Of a stretch of 64,000 bases of DNA, positions 1 to 12,000 are shown piece after piece. The first letter of the stretch is position 1. The number at the start of each line of letters is the position of its first letter. The notes under the pieces are model-generated. The model worked only from the letters and a program-made list of their open reading frames with translations, had not been told where the DNA came from and ran no database searches. Location of the stretch: NCBI GenBank assembly GCA_964016885.1, contig OZ024744.1:18228001-18292000 (forward strand), read 5' to 3'. The position numbers and the translations under genes are program-made. This stretch comes from Eledone cirrhosa (Eukaryota).

Positions 1-3000
1 TGTCACTGTGTGTTTCTGTATGTCTGTGTCACTGTCTATGTCACTGTATGTTTCTGAATGTCTGTGTCACCGTGTATATCACTGTATCTTTATGTATGTC
101 TGTGTCTCTGTATATGTCACTGTATCTTTGTATATGTCTACGTCACTGTGTATGTCACTGTGTGTTTCTGTATGTCTGTGTCTTTGTGTATGTCACTGTA
201 CCTTTCTGTATATCTGTGTCACTGTGTATGTCACTGTGTGTTTCTGTATGTCTGTGTCACTGTGTATGTCACTGTGTGTTTCTGTATATCTGTGTCTCTG
301 TGTATGTCACTGTAACGTTGTGTATCTGTGTCACTGTGTATGTCACTGTATCTTTGTGTATGTCTGTGTCACTGTGTATGTCACTGTGTGTTTCTGTATG
401 TATGTGTCACGGTGTATGTCACTGTATGTTTGTGTATGTCTGTGTCACTGTGTATGTCATTGTGAGTTTCTGTATGTCTGTGTCACTGTGTATGTCACTG
501 TATCTTTGTGTATGTCTGTGTCACTGTGTATGTCACTGTGTGTTTCTGTATGTCTGTGTCACTGTGTATGTCACTGTATCTCTCTGTATGTCTGTGTCAC
601 TGTCTATGTCGCTGTATGTTTCTGAATGTCTGTGTCACTGTGTATGTCACTGTGTGTTTCTGTATGTCTGTGTCACGGTGTATGTCACTGTATGTTTGTG
701 TGTGTCTATGTCACTGTGTATGTCACTGTGTGTTTCTGTATGTCTGTGTCACTGTCTATGTCACTGTATGTTTCTGAATGTCTGTGTCACTGTGTATGTC
801 ACTGTGTGTTTCTGTATATCTGTGTCACGGTGTATGTCACTGAATGTTTGTGTGTGTCTGTGTCACTGTGTATGTCACTGTGTGTTTCTGTATATCTGTG
901 TCACGGTGTATGTCACTGAATGTTTGTGTGTGTCTGTGTCACTGTGTTTGTCACTGTGTGTTTCTGTATGTCTGTGTCACCGTGTATGTCACGGTATCTT
1001 TGTATATGCCTGTGTCACTGTGTATGTCACTGTGTGTTTCTGTATTTCTGTGTCACTGTGTATGTCACTGTGTGTTTCTGTATGTTTGTGTCACTGTGTA
1101 TGTCACTAAATGTTTGTGTGTGTCTGTGTCTCTGTGTATGTCACTGTGTGTTTGCGTGTGTCTGTGTCACCGTGTATGTCACTGTGTGTTTCTGTATGTC
1201 TGTGTCACTGTGTATGTCACCGTGTGTTTGTGTATGTCTGTGTCATTGTGTGTGTTTCTGTATGTCTGTGTCACTGTGTATGTCACTGTATGTTTCTGTA
1301 TGTATGTGTCACTGTGTATGTCACTGTATCTTTGTGTATGTCTGTGTCACTCCGTATGTCACTGTGTGTTTCTGTATGTCTGTGTCAATGTGTATGTCAC
1401 TGTGTGTTTCTGTATGTCTGTGTCACTGTGTATGTCACTGTATATTTGTGTATGTCTGTTTCACTGTGTATGTCACTGTGTGTTTCTGTATGTCTGTGTC
1501 ACTCTGTATGTCACTGTATGTTTCTGAATGTTTGTGTCACTGTGTATGTCACTGTGTGTTTGCGTGTGTCTGTGTCACTGTGTATGTCACTGTGTGTTTC
1601 TGTATGTCTGTGTGACAGTGTATGTCACTCTGTGTTTGTGTATGTCTGTGTCACTGTGTGTGTTTCTGTATGTCTGTGTCACTGTGTATGTCATTGTATC
1701 TTTGTGTATGTATGTGTCACTGTGTATGTCACTGTATCTTTGTGTATGTCTGTGTCATTTTGTATGTCACTGTGTGTTTCTGTATGTCTGTGTCACTGTC
1801 TATGTCACTGTATGTTTCTGAATGTCTGTGTCACTGTGTATGTCACTGTGTGTTTCTGTATATCTGTGTCACGGTGTATGTCACTGAATGTTTGTGTGTG
1901 TCTGCGTCACTGTGTATGTCACTGTGTGTTTCTGTATGTCTGAGTCTCTGTGTATGTAACTGTATCTTTGTGTATGTCGTTGTCACGGTGTATGTCACTA
2001 AATGTTTGTGTGTGTCTGTGTATCTGTGTATGTCACTGTGTGTTTGCGTGTGTCTGTGTCACTGTGTATGTCACTGTGTGTTTCTGTATGTCTGTGTGAC
2101 TGTGTATGTCACTAGGTGTTTGTGTATGTCTGTGTCACTGCATGTTTCTGAATGTCTGTGTCACTGTGTATGTCACTGTGTGTTTCTGTATGTATGTGTC
2201 ACCGTGTATGTCACTGTATCTTTGTGTATGCCTGTGTCACTGTGTATGTCACTGTGTGTTTCTGTATGTCGGTGTCACTGTGTATGTCACTGTGTGTTTC
2301 TGTATGTTTGTGTCACTGTGTATGTCATTAAATGTTTGTGTGTGTCTGTGTCTCTGTGTATGTCACTGTGTGTTTGCGTGTGTCTGTGTCACTGTGTATG
2401 TCACTGTGTGTTTCTGTATGTCTGTGTGACTGTGTATGTCACTGTGTGTTTGTGTATGTCTGTGTCACTGTGTGTGTTTCTGTATGTCTGTGTCAATGTG
2501 TATGTCACTGTGTGTTTCTGTATGTCTGTGTCACTGTGTATGTCACTGTATGTTTCTGTATGTCTGTTTCACTGTGTATGTCACTGTGTGTTTCTGTATG
2601 TCTGTGTCACTCTGTATGTCACTGTATGTTTCTGAATGTTTGTGTCACTGTGTATGTCCCTGTGTGTTTGCGTGCGTCTGTGTCACTGTGTATGTCACTG
2701 TGTGTTTCTGTATGTCTGTGTGACTGTGTATGTCACTCTGTCTTTGTGTATGTCTGTGTCACTGTGTGTGTTTCTGTATGTCTGTGTCACTGTGTATGTC
2801 ATTGTATCTTTGTGTATGTATGTGTCACTGTGTGTGTCACTGTATCATTGTGTATGTCTGTGTCATTGTGTATGTCACTGTGTGTTTCTGTATATCTGTG
2901 TCTCTGTGTATGTTACTTTATCTTTGTGTATGTCTGTGTCACTGTGTATGTCACTGTATCTTTGTGTATGTCTGTGTCACGGTGTATATCACTGTATGTT

Positions 3001-6000
3001 TGTGTATGTCTGTGTCACTGTGTATGTCATTGTATCTTTGTGTATGTATGTGTCACTGTGTATGTCACTGTATCATTGTGTATGTATGTGTCATTGTGTA
3101 TGTCACTGTGTGTTTCTGTATGTATGTGTGACTGTGTATGTCACTGTATGTTACATTATGTCTGTGTCACTGTGTATGTCACTGTGTGTTTCTGTATGTC
3201 TGTGTCACTGTGTATGTCACTGTATATTTGTGTATGTCTGTGTCACTGTGTATGTCACTGTGTGTTTCTGTATGGCTGTGTCACTGTCTATGTCACTGTA
3301 TGTTTCTGAATGTCTGTGTCACCGTGTATGTCACTGTATCTTTATGTATGTCTGTGTCACTGTATATGTCACTGTATCTTTGTGTATGTCTACGTCACTG
3401 TGTATGTCACTGTGTGTTTCTGTATGTCTGTGTCTTTGTGTATGCCACTGTACCTTTGTGTATGTCTGTGTCACTGTGTATGTCACTGCGTGTTTCTGTA
3501 TCTCTGTGTCATTGTGTATGTCACTGTGTGTTTCTGTATATCTGTATCTCTGTGTATGTCACTGTAACGTTGTGTATCTCTGTGTCACTGTGTATGTCAC
3601 TGTATCTTTGTGTATGTCTGTGTCACTGTGTATGTCACTGTGTGTTTCTGTATGTATGTGTCACGGTGTATGTCACTGTATGTTTGTGTATGTCTGTGTC
3701 ACTGTGTATGTCATTGTGAGTTTCTGTATGTCTGTGTCACTGTGTATGTCACTGTATCTTTGTGTATGTCTGTGTCACTGTGTATGTCACTGTATTTCTC
3801 TGTATGTCTGTGTCACTGTCTATGTCACTGTATCTTTGTGTATGTCTGCGTCACTGTGTATGCCACTGTGTGTTTTTGTATGTCTGTGTCTCTGTGTATG
3901 TCACTGTATCTTTGTGTATGTCTGTATCACTGTGTATGTCACTGTGTGTTTCTGTATGTCTGTGTCACTGTGTATGTCACTGTGTGTTTCTGTATGTCTG
4001 TGTCACTGTCTATGTCGCTGTATGTTTCTGAATGTCTGTGTCACTGTGTATGTCACTGTGTGTTTCTGTATGTCTGTGTCACGGTGTATGTCACTGTATG
4101 TTTGTGTGTGTCTATGTCACTTTGTATGTCACTGTGTGTTTCTGTATGTCTGTGTCACCGTGTATGTCAATGTATCTTTGTGTATGCCTGTGTCACTGTA
4201 TATGTCACTGTGTGTTTCTGTATGTCTGTGTCACTGTGTATGTCACTGTGTGTTTCTGTATGTCTGTGTCACTGTCTATGTCGCTGTATGTTTCTGAATG
4301 TCTGTGTCAATGTGTATGTCACTGTGTGTTTCTGTATGTCTGTGTCACTGTCTATGTCACTGTATGTTTCTGAATGTATGTGTCACTGTGTATATCACTC
4401 TGTGTTTTTGTATATCTGTGGCACGGTGTATGTCACTGAATGTTTGTGTGTGTCTGTGTCACTCTGTTTGTCACTGTGTGTTTCTGTATGTCTGTGTAAC
4501 CGTGTATGTTAGGTATCTTTGTATATGCCTGTGTCACTGTGTATGTCACTGTGTGTTTCTGTATTTCTGTGTCACTGTGTATGTCACTGTGTGTTTCTGT
4601 ATGTTTGTGTCACTGTGTATGTCACTAAATGTTTGTGTGTGTCTGTGTCTCTGTGTATGTCACTGTGTGTTTGCGTGTGTCTGTGTCACTGTGTATGTCA
4701 CTGTGTGTTTCTGTATGTCTGTGTGACTGTGTATGTCACTCTGTGTTTGTGCATGTCTGTGTCACTGTGTGTGTTTCTGTATGTCTGTGTCACTGTGTAT
4801 GTCATTGTATCTTTGTGTTTGAATGTGTCACTGTGTATGTCACTGTGTGTTTGTGTATACCTGTGTCACTGTGTATGTTACTGTGAGTTTCTGTATGTCT
4901 GTGTCACTGTGTACGTCACTGTATATTTCTGTATGTCTGTGTCAGTGTGTATGTCACTGGTTGATTCTGTATGTCTGTGTCACACTGTATATCACTGTAT
5001 CTTTGTGTAGGTCTGTGTCACTGTGTATGTCACTGTATCTTTCTGTATGTCTGTGTCACTGTATATGTCACTGTATCTTTGTGTATGTCTACGTCACTGT
5101 GTATGTCACTGTGTGTTTCTGTATGTCTGTGTCTTTGTGTATGTTACTGTACCTTTGTGTATGTATGTGTCACTGTGTATGTCACTGTGTGTTTCTGTAT
5201 GTCTGTGTCACTGTGTATGTCACTGTGTGTTTCTGTATATCTGTGTCTCTGTGTATGTCACTGTATCTTTGTGTATGTCTGTGTCACTGTGTATGTCACT
5301 GTAACGTTGTGTATCTCTGTGTCACTGTGTATGTCACTTATCTTTGTGTATGTCTGTGTCACTGTGTATGTCACTGTGTGTTTCTGTATGTATGTGTCAC
5401 GGTGTATGTCACTGTATGTTTGTGTATGTCTGTGTCACTGTGTATGTCACTGTATCTTTGTGTATGTCTGTGTCACTGTGTATGTTACTGTGTGTTTCTG
5501 TATGTCTGTGTCACTGTGTTTGTCTTTGTGTGTTTCTGTATGTCTGTGTCACTGTGTATATCACTGTATGTTTGTGTGTGTCTGTGTCACTGTGTATGTC
5601 ACTGTATGTCTCTGTATGTCTGTGTCACTGTCTATGTCACTGTGTGTTTGCCTGTGTATGTGTCACTGTGTATGTCACTGTGTGTTTCTGTATGTATGTG
5701 TCACCGTGTATGTCACTGTATCTTTGTGTATGCCTGTGTCACTGTGTATGTCACTGTGTGTTTCTGTATGTCGGTGTCACTGTGTATGTCACTGTGTGTT
5801 TCTGTATGTTTGTGTCACTGTGTATGTCATTAAATGTTTGTGTGTGTATGTGTCTCTGTGTATGTCACTGTGTGTTTGCGTATGTCTGTGTCACTCTGTA
5901 TGTCACTGTATGTTTCTTAATGTTTGTGTCACTGTGTATGTCACTGTGTGTTTGCGTGTGTCTGTGTCACTGTGTATGTCACTGTGTGTTTCTGTATGTA

Positions 6001-9000
6001 TGTGTGACTGTGTATGTCACTCTGTGTTTGTGTATGTCTGTGTCACTGTGTGTGTTTCTGTATGTCTGTGTCACTGTGTATGTCATTGTATCTTTGTGTA
6101 TGTATGTGTCACTGTGTATGTCACTGTATCATTGTGTATGTATGTGTCATTGTGTATGTCACTGTGTGTTTCTGTATGTTTGTGACACTGTGTATGTCAC
6201 TGTGTGGTTCTGTATATCTGTGTCTCTGTGTATGTTACTTTATCTTTGTGTATGTCTGTGTCACTGTGTATGTCACTGTATCTTTGTGTATGTCTGTGTC
6301 ACGGTGTATATCACTGTATGTTTGTGTATGTCTGTGTCACTCTATATGTCACTGTATGTTTCTGTATGTATGTGTCACTGTGTATGTCAATGTGTGTTTC
6401 TGTATCTCTGTGTCACGGTGTATGTCACTGTATGTTTGTGTATGTCTGTGTGACTGTATATGTCACTGTATGTTACAGTATGTCTGTGTCACTGTGTATG
6501 TCACTGTGTGTTTCTGTATGTCTGTGTCACTGTGTATGTCACTGTATATTTGTGTGTGTCTGTGTCACTGTGTATGTCACTGTGTGTTTCTGTATGTCTG
6601 TGTCACTGTCTATGTCACTGTATGTTTCTGAATGTCTGTGTCACCGTGTATATCACTGTATCTTTATGTATGTCTGTGTCACTGTATATGTCACTGTATC
6701 TTTGTATATGTCTACGTCACTGTGTATGTCACTGTGTGTTTCTGTATGTCTGTGTCTTTGTGTATGTCACTGTACCTTTCTGTATATCTGTGTCACTGTG
6801 TATGTCACTGTGTGTTTCTGTATGTCTGTGTCACTGTGTATGTCACTGTGTGTTTCTGTATATCTGTGTCTCTGTGTATGTCACTGTAACGTTGTGTATC
6901 TGTGTCACTGTGTATGTCACTGTATCTTTGTGTATGTCTGTGTCACTGTGTATGTCACTGTGTGTTTCTGTATGTATGTGTCACGGTGTATGTCACTGTA
7001 TGTTTGTGTATGTCTGTGTCACTGTGTATGTCATTGTGAGTTTCTGTATGTCTGTGTCACTGTGTATGTCACTGTATCTTTGTGTATGTCTGTGTCACTG
7101 TGTATGTCACTGTGTGTTTCTGTATGTCTGTGTCACTGTGTATGTCACTGTATCTCTCTGTATGTCTGTGTCACTGTCTATGTCGCTGTATGTTTCTGAA
7201 TGTCTGTGTCACTGTGTATGTCACTGTGTGTTTCTGTATGTCTGTGTCACGGTGTATGTCACTGTATGTTTGTGTGTGTCTATGTCACTGTGTATGTCAC
7301 TGTGTGTTTCTGTATGTCTGTGTCACTGTCTATGTCACTGTATGTTTCTGAATGTCTGTGTCACTGTGTATGTCACTGTGTGTTTCTGTATATCTGTGTC
7401 ACGGTGTATGTCACTGAATGTTTGTGTGTGTCTGTGTCACTGTGTATGTCACTGTGTGTTTCTGTATATCTGTGTCACGGTGTATGTCACTGAATGTTTG
7501 TGTGTGTCTGTGTCACTGTGTTTGTCACTGTGTGTTTCTGTATGTCTGTGTCACCGTGTATGTCACGGTATCTTTGTATATGCCTGTGTCACTGTGTATG
7601 TCACTGTGTGTTTCTGTATTTCTGTGTCACTGTGTATGTCACTGTGTGTTTCTGTATGTTTGTGTCACTGTGTATGTCACTAAATGTTTGTGTGTGTCTG
7701 TGTCTCTGTGTATGTCACTGTGTGTTTGCGTGTGTCTGTGTCACCGTGTATGTCACTGTGTGTTTCTGTATGTCTGTGTCACTGTGTATGTCACCGTGTG
7801 TTTGTGTATGTCTGTGTCATTGTGTGTGTTTCTGTATGTCTGTGTCACTGTGTATGTCACTGTATGTTTCTGTATGTATGTGTCACTGTGTATGTCACTG
7901 TATCTTTGTGTATGTCTGTGTCACTCCGTATGTCACTGTGTGTTTCTGTATGTCTGTGTCAATGTGTATGTCACTGTGTGTTTCTGTATGTCTGTGTCAC
8001 TGTGTATGTCACTGTATATTTGTGTATGTCTGTTTCACTGTGTATGTCACTGTGTGTTTCTGTATGTCTGTGTCACTCTGTATGTCACTGTATGTTTCTG
8101 AATGTTTGTGTCACTGTGTATGTCACTGTGTGTTTGCGTGTGTCTGTGTCACTGTGTATGTCACTGTGTGTTTCTGTATGTCTGTGTGACAGTGTATGTC
8201 ACTCTGTGTTTGTGTATGTCTGTGTCACTGTGTGTGTTTCTGTATGTCTGTGTCACTGTGTATGTCATTGTATCTTTGTGTATGTATGTGTCACTGTGTA
8301 TGTCAATGTATCTTTGTGTATGTCTGTGTCATTTTGTATGTCACTGTGTGTTTCTGTATGTTTGTGTCACTGTGTATGTCACTGTGTGTTTCTGTATATC
8401 TGTGTCTCTGTGTATGTTACTTTATCTTTGTGTATGTCTGTGTCACTGTGTATGTCACTGTATCTTTGTGTATGTCTGTGTCACGGTGTATATCACTGTA
8501 TGTTTGTGTATGTCTGTGTCACTCTATATGTCACTGTATGTTTGTGTATGTCTGTGTGACTGTGTATGTCACTGTATGTTACAGTATGTCTGTGTCACTG
8601 TGTATGTCACTGTGTGTTTCTGTATGTCTGCGTCTCTGTGTATGTCACTGTAACGTTGTGTATCTTTGTGTCACTGTGTATGTCACTGTATCTTTGTGTA
8701 TGTCTGTGTCACTGTGTATGTCATTGTGAGTTTCTGTATGTCTGTGTCACTGTGTATGTCACTGTATCTTTGTGTATGTCTGTGTCACTGTGTATGTCAC
8801 TGTGTGTTTCTGTATGTCTGTGTCACTGTGTATGTCACTGTATCTCTCTGTATGTCTGTGTCACTGCCTATGTCACTGTATCTTTGTGTATGTCTGTGTC
8901 ACTGTATATGTCACTGTATCTTTGTGTATGTCTACGTCACTGTGTATGTCACTGTGTGTTTCTGAATGTCTGTGTCTTTGTGTATGTCACTGTACCTTTG

Positions 9001-12000
9001 TGTAATGTCTGTGTCACTGTGTATGTCACTGTGTGTTTCTGTATGTCTGTGTCACTGTGTGTTTCTGTATATCTGCGTCTCTGTGTATGTCACTGTAACG
9101 TTGTGTATCTTTGTGTCGCTGTGTATGTCACTGTATCTTTGTGTATGTCTGTGTCACTGTGTATGTCACTGTGTGTTTCTGTATGTCTGTGTCACTGTGT
9201 ATGTCACTGTATCTCTCTGTATGTCTGTGTCACTGCCTATGTCACTGTATCTTTGTGTATGTCTGCGTCACTGTGTATGTCACTGTGTGTTTCTGTATGT
9301 CTGTGTCTCTGTGTATCTGTCACTGTATCTTTGTGTATGTCTGTATCACTGTGTATGTCACTGTGTGTTTCTGTATGTCTGTGTGACTGTGTATGTCACT
9401 GTGTGTTTGTGTATGTATGTGTCACTGTGTGTGTTTCTGTATGTCTGTGTCACTGTGTATGTCACTGTATGTTTCTGTATGTATGTGTCACTGTGTATGT
9501 CACTGTATCTTTGTGTATGTCTGTGTCACTATGTATGCCACTTTGTGTTTCTGTATGTCTGTGTCAATGTGTATGTCACTGTGTGTTTCTGTATGTCTGT
9601 GTCACTGTGTATGTCACTGTATGTTTCTGTATGTCTGTTTCACTGTGTATGTCACTGTGTGTTTCTGTATGTCTGTGTCACTCTGTATGTCACTGTATGT
9701 TTATGTATGTATGTGTCACTGTGTATGTCACAGTGTGTTTCTGTATGTCTGTGTCACTGTGTATGTCACTGTATCTCTCTGTATGTCTGTGTCACTGTCT
9801 ATGTCACTGTATCTTTGTGTATGTCTGCGTCACTGTGTATGTGACTGTGTGTTTCTGTATGGCTCTGTCTCTGTGTATGTCACTGGATCTTTGTGTATGT
9901 CTGTATCACTGTTTATGTCACTGTGTGTTTCTGTATGTCTGTTTGACTCTGTATGTCACTGTGTGTTTCTGTATGTCTGTGTCACTGTGTATGTCACTGT
10001 GTGTTTCTGTATGTCTGTGTCACTGTCTATGTCGCTCTATGTTTCTGAATGTGTGTGTCACTGTTTATGTCACTGTGTGTTTCTGTATGTCTGTGTCACG
10101 GTGTATGTCACTGTATGTTTGTGTGTGTCTATGTCACTGTGTATGTCACTGTGTGTTTCTGTATGTCTGTGTCACCGTGTATGTCACTGTATCTTTGTGT
10201 ATGCCTGTGTCACTGTGTATGTCACTGTGTGTTTCTGTATGTCTGTGTCACTGTGTATGTCACTGTGTGTTTCTGTATGTCTGTGGCACTGTGTATGTCA
10301 CTGTGTGTTTCTGTATGTCTGTGTCACTGTCTATGTCGCTGTATGTTTCTGAATGTCTGTGTCACTGTGTATGTCACTGTGTGTTTCTGTATGTCTGTGT
10401 CACTGTCTATGTCACTGAATGTTTCTGAATGTCTGTGTCACTGTGTATGTCACTGTGTGTTTCTGTATATCTGTGTCACGGTGTATGTCACTGAATGTTT
10501 GTGTGTGTCTGTGTCACTGTGTTTGTCACTGTGTGTTTCTGTATGTCTGTGTCACCGTGTATGTCACGGTATCTTTGTGTATGCCTGTGTCACTGTGTAT
10601 GTCACTGTGTGTTTCTGTGTTTCTGTGTCAGTGTGTATGTCACTGTGTGTTTCTGTATGTTTGTGTCACTGTGTATGTCACTAAATGTTTGTGTGTGTCT
10701 GTGTCTCTGTGTATGTCACTGTGTGTTTGCGTGTGTCTGTGTCACTGTGTATGTCACTGTGTGTTTCTGTATGTCTGTGTCACTGTGTATGTCACTGTGT
10801 GTTTGTGTATGTCTGTGTCACTGTATGTTTCTGAATGTCTGTGTCACTGTGTATGTCACTGTGTGTTTCCGTATGTATGTGTCACCGTGTATGTCACTGT
10901 ATCTTTGTGTATGCCTGTGTCACTGTGTATGTCACTGTGTGTTTCTGTATGTCTGTGTCACTGTGTATGTCACTGTGTGTTTCTGTATGTTTGTGTCATT
11001 TTGTATGTCACTAAATGTTTGTGTGTGTCTGTGTCTCTGTGTATGTCACTGTGTGTTTGCGTGTGTCTGTGTCACTGTGTATGTCACTGTGTGTTTCTGT
11101 ATGTCTGTGTGACTGTGTATGTCACTGTGTGTTTGTGTATGTCTGTGTCACTGTGTGTGTTTCTGTATGTCTGTGTCACTGTGTATGTCACTGTATGTTT
11201 CTGTATGTATGTGTCACTGTGTATGTCACTGTATCTTTGTGTATGTCTGTGTCACTCTGTATGTCACTGTGTGTTTCTGTATGTCTGTGTCAATGTGTAT
11301 GTCACTGTGTGTTTCTGTATGTCTGTGTCACTGTGTATGTCACTGTATGTTTATGTATGTCTGTTTCACTGTGTATGTCACTGTGTGTTTCTGTATGTCT
11401 GTGTCACTGTGTATGTCACTGTATCTCTCTGTATGTCTGTGTCACTGTCTATGTCACTGTATCTTTGTGTATGTCTGCGTCACTGTGTATGTCACTGTGT
11501 GTTTCTGTATGTCTGTGTCTCTGTGTATGTCACTGTATCTTTGTGTATGTCTGTATCACTGTGTATGTCACTAAATGTTTGTGTGTGTCTGTGTCACTGT
11601 GTTTGTCACTGTGTGTTTCTGTATGTCTGCGTCACTGTGTATGCCACTGTGTGTTTTTGTATGTCTGTGTCTCTGTGTATGTCACTGTATCTTTGTGTAT
11701 GTCTGTATCACTGTGTATGTCACTGTGTGTTTCTGTATGTCTGTGTCACTGTGTATGTCACTGTGTGTTTCTGTATATCTGTGTCACTGTCTATGTCGCT
11801 GTATGTTTCTGAATGTCTGTGTCACTGTGTATGTCACTGTGTGTTTCTGTATGTCTGTGTCACGGTGTATGTCACTGTATGTTTGTGTGTGTCTATGTCA
11901 CTTTGTATGTCACTGTGTGTTTCTGTATGTCTGTGTCACCGTGTATGTCAATGTATCTTTGTGTATGCCTGTGTCACTGTGTATGTCACTGTGTGTTTCT

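Noticed and set aside
3871-3908. Best nonamer match (ACAAAAACA, 8/9) in tgtttttgt variant monomers as strong RSSs
   Set aside because: The heptamer at 22 bp spacing is broken in these monomers (TACAGTG here, TTCAGTG near 4435), so they are not better RSS candidates.
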